Assembly: GCA_963740085.1 (NCBI GenBank)
Contig: CAVUCU010000001.1
Location: 160,001-224,000 of the forward strand
Source: Nitrospirota bacterium
GTDB lineage: Bacteria; Nitrospirota; UBA9217
Reading direction: 5' to 3'
Length of the DNA stretch: 64,000 nt
The notes under the pieces were generated by a model, which did not search any database, was not told the origin of the DNA, and was given only the letters and a program-made list of their open reading frames with translations. Positions 10,692-20,780 of this stretch are shown in pieces. Position numbers and translations under genes: made by a program. The stretch's first letter is position 1; the number at the start of each line of letters is the position of its first letter.

Positions 10692-13106
10692 TCACTCCTT
10701 GAGCCGCTCCCTGACCAGATACGCCTGCCCCAGAGAAATACACGCGTCATTACAGGGAACCTTATGATTCAGAAAAACGTTCAAGCCGTTCCAGGACAGC
10801 ACTTTGATCACCCTGTTCAGAATATAAAGGTTCTGAAATGTGCCGCCGCTCAAGGCAACATCATTGAGCCCAAACTGTTCACTCAACTCACTCACCATCG
10901 CGCGAACAACCGATACTATGGTATTGTGAAACTTCGCTGAGATTATTCCTGCTGCTGTTCCATGTGCGAGGTCGTTGTTGATGATCGTCAGGATAACCGG
11001 GGAGAAGTCGATGACAGTATACCCATTTTCTTTCTTGAACTCAACGTGATACTCGTCATCGATCCCCTCCTGCGCAATAGCCTCCAGTGCCATTGCCGCC
11101 TCGCCTTCGAACGTATTCCGGTCACCGATGCCGAGCAGTGCGGACACTGCATCGAACAGCCGCCCTGCCCCCGAGGCGAGGGGTGAAAATTCGCGCGATC
11201 GCGCGACGATCATAAGGTTCTCGATCATTTCCCTGCCGTATTTTTTGGCAAACCCTATCCGTTCCAGACAGTCGAAGGCGTTATCGCCTGCGGCCTCCAT
11301 AACATAACTTACGGCTGTCTTCCATGGTTCTTTGATCGCAGCTTCTCCGCCGGGTAACGGGACATATTTGAACTGTCCGACCCTGTCGAAACCCCCGATA
11401 TCTGCAATAAGGAATTCCCCGCCCCAGAGATTGCCGTCAATACCATACCCGGTTCCGTCGAATGCAACACCGATGACCTTTGTCGTCAAACCATGCTCGG
11501 CCATCACCGATCCAATATGAGCATAGTGATGCTGGATTCCGAATTTCTTTATGCTGTTCTCTTCCCCCTGACTCCCTTCCCCTGACCCCTGATTCACCGC
11601 CCCCTGCTCCGCCGCCCATTTCGTCGAAAGGTAGCCGGGATGCAGATCATGGACAATCGCCACCGGTTCAGATCGATAGACGGCCTTAAGATTTGCCAAA
11701 CACTCTTCAAAAAAACTCACGGTCTCGTAATTTTCCATGTCCCCCACATGCTGGCTGGGGATCGCAAACGATCCCTTGGTAAGCGTGAAGGTATTTTTCA
11801 AATCAGCGCCGCAGCCGAGCACTTCCGGTCCTTCGTCGTGAAGGGGAATGGGGTCAGGCGCGAATCCGCGGGATCTTCGAAGAAACTGCAGTTCATATTT
11901 CGGGGTCCGAAGTTCGGAGTTGATTGCTCTCCCAACTCCCGGCTCCCCGCTCCGGACCCGAATCACCGAATCATCGACTCGCATGAATATATCACGGTCG
12001 TGCAGGAGGAACCCGTCAACGATACCGGAAAGCTTCCGGATGGCCTCATCATTATCGCGTACGATAGGTTCTTCCGACAAGTTGCCGCTCGTCATTACCA
12101 GCGCCTTGAAATGCGGGTCCTTGATTTGAGCGCCGGATTCGGGCGGATGAGTGAACAAAAGAGCATGCAAGGGCGTGTAGGGCAGCATACACCCGATATA
12201 ATTATTATTCGGCGATACAGCCGCGGCAAGCACATCATGGCCATTCTTGCGCAACAAAACGATAGGCCGCCTGTTCGACTGCAGAACCTTCCGCTCCTCA
12301 TCAGAAATGGCGCAGTATTGCTCTACACAAGAGATATCATTCGACATGACCGCAAAGGGCTTATTACTCTTTCTTTTCTTTTCCCTCAATCTTGCGACGG
12401 CATCATCGTTACCTGCATCACAGGCAATATGAAACCCGCCGAGGCCCTTGATGGCGACTATACCACCGTCCCTCAATAGCTGGATTGCCGTTGTAATGGC
12501 CTTTGATCCCCGAGCCCCCGACTCCGGACCTCTCACTCTGAACTCGACCCGTGGCCCGCAGGCAGGACATGCATTCGGCTGGGCATGGAATCTCCGGTCG
12601 CGGGGATCGAAGTATTCCCTGAGACAATCAGGACACATCGTGAAATGGGCCATCGTGGTATTCGGCCGGTCATAGGGAACTGACCGGGTGATGGAATAGC
12701 GCGGCCCGCAATTCGTACAATTGATAAAGGGGTAAAGGTATCGCCTGTCAGAGGGATCCAGCAGTTCCCGGAGGCAATCGTCGCACGTCGAGGTGTCGGG
12801 GGATACAAGGGTAAAGGAACGACCAGCCGCAGTGTCGGTGCTGGCAAGAATGGCAAAATCAGTATACCCGTGATGGGGCAGCGAAGTTACGGTGACATCC
12901 GTTATCCGGGAGAGCGACGGAGATTCGCTGCGAATGCGCTGGACAAAATCGGCAACCCGCGCTCCCTCGATGTCGACCAGAACGCCCTCACTGGTGTTCG
13001 TTACATATCCCTTGAGACCAAGAGACTCGGCAAGGTTATAGACTGAGGGCCTGAAACCGACGCCCTGCACGATGCCTTTAATTATGATCTGAACCCGCTC
13101 AACCAT
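10692..13106 (-). CDS. hypF: Carbamoyltransferase HypF
   Basis: GIVQGVGFRP acylphosphatase domain, two CxxC zinc fingers, KGLGGFH, QHHYAH, PCNDACISLGQ. Confidence 0.96.
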   Translation of the reverse strand: MVERVQIIIKGIVQGVGFRPSVYNLAESLGLKGYVTNTSEGVLVDIEGARVADFVQRIRSESPSLSRITDVTVTSLPHHGYTDFAILASTDTAAGRSFTLVSPDTSTCDDCLRELLDPSDRRYLYPFINCTNCGPRYSITRSVPYDRPNTTMAHFTMCPDCLREYFDPRDRRFHAQPNACPACGPRVEFRVRGPESGARGSKAITTAIQLLRDGGIVAIKGLGGFHIACDAGNDDAVARLREKKRKSNKPFAVMSNDISCVEQYCAISDEERKVLQSNRRPIVLLRKNGHDVLAAAVSPNNNYIGCMLPYTPLHALLFTHPPESGAQIKDPHFKALVMTSGNLSEEPIVRDNDEAIRKLSGIVDGFLLHDRDIFMRVDDSVIRVRSGEPGVGRAINSELRTPKYELQFLRRSRGFAPDPIPLHDEGPEVLGCGADLKNTFTLTKGSFAIPSQHVGDMENYETVSFFEECLANLKAVYRSEPVAIVHDLHPGYLSTKWAAEQGAVNQGSGEGSQGEENSIKKFGIQHHYAHIGSVMAEHGLTTKVIGVAFDGTGYGIDGNLWGGEFLIADIGGFDRVGQFKYVPLPGGEAAIKEPWKTAVSYVMEAAGDNAFDCLERIGFAKKYGREMIENLMIVARSREFSPLASGAGRLFDAVSALLGIGDRNTFEGEAAMALEAIAQEGIDDEYHVEFKKENGYTVIDFSPVILTIINNDLAHGTAAGIISAKFHNTIVSVVRAMVSELSEQFGLNDVALSGGTFQNLYILNRVIKVLSWNGLNVFLNHKVPCNDACISLGQAYLVRERLKE

Positions 13107-13726
13107 GTGGCCCATGCATCGATCCCTGCGCCGCTCGTGCAAGAGACCTCGAATATCTTCAGTTTTGGATTGAGCGCAAGTGAATCGTTCCGAACTTTGT
13201 TCATATCGGTATTCATGTACGGCAGCAGGTCCATCTTGTTCAGGACCAGGGCCGATGACTCGCGGAACATGAGCGGATATTTGAGCGGCTTGTCGTGTCC
13301 TTCGGCGATCGAAAGCACCATCATTTTCATGTCTTCGCCCACCTTGAACTCGGCCGGGCAGACAAGATTTCCGACGTTCTCTATGATCAGCATGTCGAGG
13401 TCGCGAAGCGGCAGATCGTCCAGCACCTCACTGACCATATTCGCATCCAGATGGCACGCCCCGCCCGTATTGATCTGCACCACCGGAACGTTCAGGGCGC
13501 TGATGCGTTCTGCATCGTCGGAACCAACGATGTCCCCTTCTACCACGCCGATCTTCAGATGGGGTTTAAGGGCCTGGATCGTCCGTTCAAGTAGCGTGGT
13601 CTTACCCGCCCCGGGTGCTCCCATGAGGTTGACAACGTAAACACCCGCCTCGTGGAACCGCTTCCGGTTCTCCTCGGCAATACGGTCGTTTGCTTCAAGA
13701 ATGCGGGTGACGACCTTGACCTTCAT
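13082..13726 (-). CDS. hypB: Hydrogenase nickel incorporation GTPase HypB
   Basis: GAPGAGKTTLLE, TGGACHLDA, ENVGNLVCPAEF, NKMD. Confidence 0.96.
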   Translation of the reverse strand: MKVKVVTRILEANDRIAEENRKRFHEAGVYVVNLMGAPGAGKTTLLERTIQALKPHLKIGVVEGDIVGSDDAERISALNVPVVQINTGGACHLDANMVSEVLDDLPLRDLDMLIIENVGNLVCPAEFKVGEDMKMMVLSIAEGHDKPLKYPLMFRESSALVLNKMDLLPYMNTDMNKVRNDSLALNPKLKIFEVSCTSGAGIDAWATWLSGFRS

Positions 13727-14265
13727 CAGTTGATCTCCATATCCACGATTTCCATCTCGCGGCCGGTCTTTATTTCAAAGGACTTGGAACCGCAAAGGGG
13801 GCAGGAGAAGACGTACTGGGCATCATCGACGGTAAAGTCCTTTTTGCAATCATTGCAGACGCCGCCGACAGGAACCGATTCTATAACCAGATGGGCATTC
13901 TTTGCCACTGTATTGTCCTTGGCCGCATCGAAGGCGAAAACAAGGGAGTCGGGCATGACTCCGGCGGCTTTTCCGATACGGACATTGATCGAATCGACGG
14001 ACCGGCATCCTTCTTCCCTGCATTTTGTCTGGACGATATCGAGAATGCTCAGTGCTAGCGATGCCTCATGCATAATCTCACCTGAGTCAATTGTTTCCTT
14101 GTCGATTGTTTGTATAGCAAAACCGGCATGAACGAGCACATAATCGCCCACGTTCGGCTCTTCCGGCAGAAGCATGATGCTGACCTGCCGTTGAGCCCCA
14201 TATACATCGATAGTCGCGATAAGATTATCTATACTGACGATTTTTGAGGGGACTGCAAGACACAT
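13726..14265 (-). CDS. hypC/hypA: HypC-HypA in-frame fusion (HypC from 14265, HypA from MHE at 14073)
   Basis: MCLAVP...GDYVLVHAGFAI continues without a stop into MHEASLA...CNDC...CPLCGS...GREM. Confidence 0.9.
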   Translation of the reverse strand: MCLAVPSKIVSIDNLIATIDVYGAQRQVSIMLLPEEPNVGDYVLVHAGFAIQTIDKETIDSGEIMHEASLALSILDIVQTKCREEGCRSVDSINVRIGKAAGVMPDSLVFAFDAAKDNTVAKNAHLVIESVPVGGVCNDCKKDFTVDDAQYVFSCPLCGSKSFEIKTGREMEIVDMEIN

Positions 14266-14810
14266 TCGATGTTCCAATCTTTCAATTTCTTCAGCACATG
14301 ATCGATTATTGTATTTAACTGCTCTCGGACCTCAAGTGTCATCTCAAGACCGACATCAAGATATTTCGGCTGCACGCCGACGAGACAGACATCGGGAGGT
14401 GTATCCCGCATGAGTTTGGCGGCAAAGAGCACATCGGAGAGGCCTATATGGTGCACGGACAGCTTGGAATTCAACACCGAAGGGATATCATTCCCATTAA
14501 GGACACCAACATGACCTGCTTTTTTCCCAAAGTCCACTGCATCGATGATCAATATCTTATCACGCGTTTGAAAAATGGGCAAAAGGTCAAGCCCCATGGT
14601 TCCCCCGTCAATCAGATCAATTTCTGGAGAAAATAAATATCGCTCTTTCAGCAAATCGATCACATGTACGCCGACGCCTTCATCAGAGAGGAGGATGTTT
14701 CCTATGCCTAAAACAGTAACACGCCCGGTGTCACTATCGTCTGTAATCACCGGGCGTGCCTTAGAAACCTGATTACTATTTCCAGATCCCACTATTGATT
14801 TTACTCCCAT
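14229..14810 (-). CDS. hyaD: Hydrogenase maturation endopeptidase (HyaD/HybD family)
   Basis: VLGIGNILLSDEGVG, DGGT, IIDAV, SVHHIG. Confidence 0.92.
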   Translation of the reverse strand: MGVKSIVGSGNSNQVSKARPVITDDSDTGRVTVLGIGNILLSDEGVGVHVIDLLKERYLFSPEIDLIDGGTMGLDLLPIFQTRDKILIIDAVDFGKKAGHVGVLNGNDIPSVLNSKLSVHHIGLSDVLFAAKLMRDTPPDVCLVGVQPKYLDVGLEMTLEVREQLNTIIDHVLKKLKDWNIECVLQSPQKSSV

Positions 14811-15466
14811 TCTTTTCCGGTTACGAACTTATACCCGCCGAATATCGAACCCATTACACCATTCTTTTCCACGGAATCGAGATACCACCCGATGTACACA
14901 TGGATCAAAGTAAATGCTATCAGGAGGTACATGACCAGGTGATGCCACAGCCTGATCGTCTGCACATTCATGATCTGCACAAGCCAGCCGCCGGCGATCA
15001 TCAGGAAAAAGCTGTGAAGATGGCTTTGGGAATACAAAGCGAACCCTGTCAGCATCTCGAAGATAAACAACAAGAACACTCCGAGATACGTGATCGACGC
15101 CACTGCCGAATGGCCGACGGCATAGGGCGGCTGCTTTCTGAGAAACAGGTAGAATTTCAGCCCGCTCAGCATGTCTTCCCTTTGCCGCTTCCTCAGCGGG
15201 ATAAACACCCTCCAACTGGCGTACTTATTGCCGGCAAACATCCAGTAAATACGAATGATCATGCTGAAAAGAAACACGTAGCCCACAACAAAATGAAGAA
15301 ACCGTATCCACCCCATTATGTACTGCTGCGTGGACACCGCATGCATGAACGGGTTCCCAATATAGAACCCCGTAATGCAGAAGGCGACCAAACAGAGGGC
15401 GTTTATCCAGTGGGTAAAGCGGACCGGAAACTCCCATGCATATACTCGAATCCTGTTAGCCTGCAT
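14801..15466 (-). CDS. hyaC: Ni/Fe-hydrogenase b-type cytochrome subunit
   Basis: YAWEFPVRFTHW, RFLHF, RLWHH, IHVY heme-ligand His; 4 TMs. Confidence 0.92.
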   Translation of the reverse strand: MQANRIRVYAWEFPVRFTHWINALCLVAFCITGFYIGNPFMHAVSTQQYIMGWIRFLHFVVGYVFLFSMIIRIYWMFAGNKYASWRVFIPLRKRQREDMLSGLKFYLFLRKQPPYAVGHSAVASITYLGVFLLFIFEMLTGFALYSQSHLHSFFLMIAGGWLVQIMNVQTIRLWHHLVMYLLIAFTLIHVYIGWYLDSVEKNGVMGSIFGGYKFVTGKEWE

Positions 15467-15482
15467 GGCACACCTCCTCTCG

Positions 15483-17198
15483 CTAAACGATCCTGATCTT
15501 AGTTACTTCCTTCCCCTCGGCATCCACGACATGCACAGCGCAGGCCATGCATGGATCGAAAGAATGAATTGTACGAAGAATCTCGACCGGTTTGTTCGGA
15601 TCTGCGACCGGAGTGCCGATCAGGGATGCTTCATAAGGACCTCTCTGGCCTTTTGCGTCTCGAGGAGATCCGTTCCACGTACTCGGCACGACACACTGAT
15701 AATTCGCTATCTTTCCATCCTTTATTCGGATCCAGTGGCCGAGACAACCTCGCGGCGCCTCGTGGAAACCAACGCCTTTTGCTTCCTTGGGCCAGGTTGA
15801 GGGATCCCACTTCTCCCCATTGTGGATCCTGAGGTCTCCCTTTTTCATATTGGCCGTAAGCTCGTCAAGCCATGTTGGCAGCATCTCGGCTGTTACGAGG
15901 GTCTCGATGCCGCGAGCTGCAGTTCGACCGAGGGTGGAAAACAATGCTGCCGGACCGACATCCAGTTTCTTTAGCACCATGTTCACAACTTCCTGGACGC
16001 GTTTGTGTCCTGAGCCATAGGCGACCAGCATCCGGGCCAAAGGACCGACTTCCATGGGCATCTCGTCATACCGCGGAGCCTTGACCCAGGAGTACTTCTT
16101 GCTCTCACTCACAAAGCCGTTCTCGAAGGGAGGTTTCGGTCCAGAATACTTGAAATTGGTTTCTCCATCATAGGGATGAACCGATTTTGCATCGCCTTCC
16201 TTGTATTCGTACCAGGAATGGCTCACATATTCCATGATCTTTGTCTGGTCTACAGGATGCACCTTTGTCAGATCTTTGTTCTTTATGATCCCTCTCGGTA
16301 ACCACAGGTTCGTAGAATCAGGAGTGGAATCATTCGGGAAATCGCCACAAGCAAGGAAGTTTCCCACACCTCCGCCATAAGAAGCCCATTCCTTGTAGAA
16401 AGAGGCGACCGCAAGCAGATCGGGGACATAAACCTTGGCCACAAAATCATGGGCCTTTTTGGCGAGACCGCTAATAAAGGCAATGCTGCCCGCATTCAGT
16501 GCATGTTGACTGTTCGGATCTACCGGGATGGACATGCCGCCGACCAGATAGGTCTGGGCATGGGGGTTCTTGGCCCCGAGGAGAGCCTGAATCTTGATAA
16601 CATCGCGCTGCCAATCGAGCGCCTCAAGATAGTGCGCAACAGCCATCAGATTCGCTTCAGCCGGAAGCTTGTAGGCCGGATGCCCCCAATAGCCGTTCGC
16701 GAAAATCCCCAACTGACCACTTTCCACGAGTGTTTTGACTTTCTGCTGGACTCCCTTGAAATACGTCGCAGAATTATTTGGCCAGTCGGAGATCGACATT
16801 GCCAGAGACGACGTTTTTGAAGGATCGGCCTTCAGTGCACTCACCACGTCTACCCAGTCAAGTGCATGCAGATGATAAAAATGGATCACGTGATCCTGTA
16901 CATACTGGATTCCCAGGATCAGATTCCGGATGATGCGGGCATTATCAGGGATTACGATACCTAAAGCGTTTTCGACAGCTCGGACCGAGCTGGTTGCGTG
17001 AACCGTTGTTCAGACCCCTCAAATGCGTTGGGTGAACAGCCACGCATCTCGCGGATCCCGGTCCTTCACAATAAGCTCGATGCCGCGGAACATGGTGCTT
17101 GATGACCAGGCATCAACAACCTTTCCGCCTTCTACCTGAGCTTCGATCCTTAAATGACCTTCAATTCTTGTGATAGGATCTATTGCAATCTTCGGCAT
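15483..17198 (-). CDS. hyaB: Group 1 [NiFe]-hydrogenase large subunit, 571 aa, with two in-frame TGA (codons 60 and 63) predicted as selenocysteine
   Basis: ATG 17198 after GGAGGAGG RBS; MPKIAIDPITRIEGHL...FTQRI*GV*TTVH in frame with ORF 15483..16889, which ends SFDPCMACAVHVV plus a cleavable tail. Confidence 0.92.
16976..16992 (-). promoter_or_regulatory. Putative SECIS hairpin of the hydrogenase large subunit
   Basis: CAGCUCG-GUC-CGAGCUG, perfect 7-bp stem; loop G is +25 from the second UGA. Confidence 0.65.
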
Positions 17199-17232
17199 AG
17201 TCCCTCCTCCTTAGATTAATGAATATATCGTT

Positions 17233-18309
17233 TCAATCCTTTTTTTCCTCGTCACTTTTGGGTTTCATGGCCCTGCCGATGCCATGCGCTGCCAGACCAA
17301 CCGCTGTAGCGACCGCCAGTCCGACTCCGATTTTGTCAGCCGTTGATTCAACGCCAAATCCAGGAACGTTCGGCAGCCTCTTATAGAATGGGTACATCGT
17401 GTCCCAGTTATTATCAGCTGCGCATGCGATGCACCCGTGACCTCCCTGCACCGGCCAGCTGGTTCCCTCATTATATTTTATTGTAGGACAATTCAGATTT
17501 GCTTCAGGCCCCTTGCATCCCATTTCATAAAGACACCACCCCTGGCGGTGTCCCTCATCCCCCCAGGTTCTGACAAACTGACCCGCATCGAAATGCGCTC
17601 TTCTCTCGCAATTGTCATGGACCCGTTGACCGTGAGCAAAAAGCGGCCGGTTATGGCTGTCCAACTGAGGCAACGAGCCAAATGTAAGAAAATGGACGAT
17701 GGTCGCGGTGAGATTTTCAGGATTGACGGGACAGCCGGGAAGATTCACAACCGTTGCCCCCGGTACAGCCTCCTTTACGCCGACAGCACCCGTCGGATTT
17801 GGTTTGGCGCTAGGGATGCCGCCCCATGAAGCACAGGATCCGATCGCGAGTGTGGCAGCTGCATTGCCGCATACTTCCCTGGCTATGGAAAGAGCTGTCC
17901 TGCCGGCTACGGTACAATAGATTCCGCCATCTGCCATCGGTATAGCGCCCTCAACGATTGTGATATATTTACCCTTCTGATTTTTCACAACATCTGCAAG
18001 AGACTTTTCAGCCATCTTCCCGGAAGGTGCCATTATCGTTTCATGGTATTCAAGGGATATGACGTCGAGCACAATCTGAGCAATCGTAGGTTTGCTCGCG
18101 CGGAGCGTTGCCTCTGAATCTCCGGCACAATCCGAGAATTCAAGCCACACAACATACGGTTTCTGAGCTTTCTCTAATGCCTCGGCAATCTTGGATATGT
18201 ATGATGCCGGCAGTGCCAACGTTGCGGCCATAGCAGCGCAAAATTTCATAAAATCACGCCGCGATACACCGCGCTTGACAAGACCCTGGTACACACTCTC
18301 GTCCCGCAT
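17233..18309 (-). CDS. hyaA: [NiFe]-hydrogenase small subunit with Tat signal and C-terminal membrane anchor
   Basis: SRRDFMK twin-arginine motif, DCAGDSE, GSCASWGG, PGCP, HDNC...CLYEMGCKGP...GHGCIAC. Confidence 0.95.
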   Translation of the reverse strand: MRDESVYQGLVKRGVSRRDFMKFCAAMAATLALPASYISKIAEALEKAQKPYVVWLEFSDCAGDSEATLRASKPTIAQIVLDVISLEYHETIMAPSGKMAEKSLADVVKNQKGKYITIVEGAIPMADGGIYCTVAGRTALSIAREVCGNAAATLAIGSCASWGGIPSAKPNPTGAVGVKEAVPGATVVNLPGCPVNPENLTATIVHFLTFGSLPQLDSHNRPLFAHGQRVHDNCERRAHFDAGQFVRTWGDEGHRQGWCLYEMGCKGPEANLNCPTIKYNEGTSWPVQGGHGCIACAADNNWDTMYPFYKRLPNVPGFGVESTADKIGVGLAVATAVGLAAHGIGRAMKPKSDEEKKD

Positions 18310-18550
18310 AGCAAACCTCCTCTTTAGCTAAGAATTTTTTGTTATGATTACAAAACATTCCTGTATGAAGTGTATTGCTGATATCATTAAATGTCAAGAG
18401 CAGGCAGTACTTTTCATGATCACTGCATACTTTAGTAGCAAATATCTATCTCTTCTCATCAGTCGCTGTTGCGTCTACCATTCATCGAGCTTCAACAAAA
18501 TAAAAACCATCGATACAGCGGGGATTATTTAGTTGCGCAGCGCAGCCCGA

Positions 18551-18640
18551 TAATCCGGAATACTCAGGCACGTAACACCCGCTCCCGCTTCCCCGAGAGG
18601 TAACGCCGCCGCGCCTCAGAAAAAAGCCGGGATCGCACAG
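18551..18640 (-). pseudogene. Decayed copy of the 5' part of the MipA/OmpV gene at 25847..26686
   Basis: Ungapped match to 26562..26651, about 73/90 identical by hand count, with an in-frame stop. Confidence 0.75.
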
Positions 18641-18854
18641 AAAACACGTTCTTTTTTATCTTTATCAAATAATTCTCTACAACACCAGAGGCCCCAATCA
18701 GTAGGATTCCCGGTAAACTGTTATCCATGCTAAATTCCTTCGGCCTGGCAAGAAGTTCCAGTGGAAGTTGTGTTGACTACCTTTATTGCTTTGAAACGCA
18801 GCAACGATATATGCCGTAAACTTCGTAACTCGGTGCTTGTGCAGTATAGCTCGT

Positions 18855-19922
18855 TTATGGAACCTTCGGATACTGTATCGTAATCTCCTCGCCGGTTAGC
18901 GCTTCAGTGAGGAATGCCATGAGGGACTTCTTCTCCTGGATACTCAGGCCGAGAGGCTTCAGCGCGGTATTCCCTTTTCCACCTCCCCGGTCGAAGAACT
19001 CGATGACCTCGTCGAGCGTATGAAAAATGCCGTTGTGCATGTACGGACCGGTCCTGGAGATCTCCCAGAGAGCCGGCGTCTTGAATGCCTTCCAGTCCTT
19101 CTTGTCCTTCGTGATAAGATACCTGCCCGGATCTTCTTTAAGGTTCCGGAAGTCTTCGTAATGGTAAACCTTGGCCACGAATCTTCGCGTTGCCGCAACG
19201 CGCGGGTCTTTTTCCTGTGCCTCGTTCTCGGGCACATCCAGGGCGTGGAACCTGTTGTCCGACAGGCTCACCCCGTTGTGGCAGTCCGCGCAATTGCCTT
19301 TACCCGTGAAGATGTCATATCCATTTTTTGCCTCGGCGGAAAGGGCTTTTTTGTCGCCCCTCAGCCAGCGGTCCAGGGGAGGATTAACGGAGACCAGGGT
19401 GCGCTCGAACGCGGCAATGGCCATGGCGATGCGCTCACGGGAGATGTCGCCATCACCGAAGACCTTCTTGAACTCCTCCACATATTCGGGAACAGACCTG
19501 ATCACCTCTTCAACGAAATCCAGGTTCCGGTTCATTTCGAATGCGGACATCATCGGGAACAGGGCCTGCTGCTCCAGGGTCTGCGCGCGGCCGTCGTAAA
19601 AGAGGGACTTCTGGTACGCCACGTTGATGAGCGTTGGGGAGTTGCGCCAGTTTCTTGTCGTAGGGTAGTTGAGCGAAATGTCGAGCCCGTCGGTGAACGC
19701 CTTTTCCGGCTCATGGCAGGTCGCGCAATTCATGGTGCCGTCGCCGGAGAGCCTGCGGTCAAAAAAGAGCTTCTTGCCGAGCTCGATCTTCTCCGGTGTC
19801 TGGGGGTTCTGCTTCGGTATCGGAACCGGCTTGAACGGTTCGAGAGGACCGGCAGACGCCGGGACAGCGGGGACGAACGCAATAAGCGTGAATATTATGG
19901 TTGCCAACAGTCGGCTCAGCAT
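18855..19922 (-). CDS. Di-heme cytochrome c peroxidase (CcpA/MauG family)
   Basis: Signal peptide, LGKKLFFD.RLS, CATCH, RNSPT, CADCH, PYMHNG. Confidence 0.92.
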   Translation of the reverse strand: MLSRLLATIIFTLIAFVPAVPASAGPLEPFKPVPIPKQNPQTPEKIELGKKLFFDRRLSGDGTMNCATCHEPEKAFTDGLDISLNYPTTRNWRNSPTLINVAYQKSLFYDGRAQTLEQQALFPMMSAFEMNRNLDFVEEVIRSVPEYVEEFKKVFGDGDISRERIAMAIAAFERTLVSVNPPLDRWLRGDKKALSAEAKNGYDIFTGKGNCADCHNGVSLSDNRFHALDVPENEAQEKDPRVAATRRFVAKVYHYEDFRNLKEDPGRYLITKDKKDWKAFKTPALWEISRTGPYMHNGIFHTLDEVIEFFDRGGGKGNTALKPLGLSIQEKKSLMAFLTEALTGEEITIQYPKVP

Positions 19923-20049
19923 GGCTTTTTACCTCCAGGCCGTATCTTCGGATTGAGAAGCAAGGTATTCGGTTACGAGGCCCGTATCGGAAATCGGCAT
20001 GCGTCACGGAAGAGACGAATGACGTAACCGTACGACGAAACAGGCATCG

Positions 20050-20649
20050 TTACCGTTTGACCGTCAGCGCAGCCTTCAGCTCCTCATCGATAATCTTCTT
20101 GAAATAGTCGAACTGCCGTTCACCGATGACCCTTCTTCCGTTGATGAAAAAGGTCGGCGTGTTATAAAGGTCCAGATCGACGGCAAGCTTGAGGTCTGCG
20201 TCGATCTCCTTTGCATGCTTCTGGGAATCGATGGATTCGGTGAACTTTTTTACATCCAGTCCCAGTTCTTTGGCATACTGAATAAGGCTAGCCCGGTCCA
20301 GCTTCGGGGATCTCTTGATCAGAAGGTCGTGCATTTCCCAGTATTTGTCCTGGTCTCGCGCCGCGAGGGACGCCTCTGCGGCAATGCGGGCGTAGTCCCG
20401 GTAGCGGTAGGGATAGTTCTTGATAACAAGGCGCACCCTGCCGTTGTAGGTTTTCATGATCTTTTTGACGGTCGGACCGGCCGCCACGCAATGGGGTCAC
20501 TGAAAGTCGATGAACTCGATGATCGTGACCGGCGCGTTTGTCGGTCCCATTTGCGGTGAATCGCCTATCGGCACATCATATCTTTTTTCCTGTGCTCCTG
20601 CATGAGAAGCGGCAAGAAGGACTATGATCACACAAATCAGTTTTCTCAT
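20050..20649 (-). CDS. Exported DsbA/thioredoxin-fold protein with UxxC (Sec51) active site, 199 aa
   Basis: ATG 20649, signal peptide, GPTNAPVTIIEFIDFQ*PHC (TGA at 20497-20499), TPTFFING cis-Pro motif. Confidence 0.88.
20467..20485 (-). promoter_or_regulatory. Putative SECIS hairpin of the DsbA-like gene
   Basis: GGCGG-C-CG-GUC-CG-A-CCGUC; loop G is +20 from UGA. Confidence 0.55.
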
Positions 20650-20780
20650 TATTTTCTACCAGGCAAGGGCGCTGTAAAATAAACATTGAAGCCCGCAAGA
20701 GGCCGCGTCCTTGCATCATGTGAGTGGGTAATGTCTCTATTCCAGAGGCAGGAGAGCTGGACTTCTCCTGCCCCGCCCTC

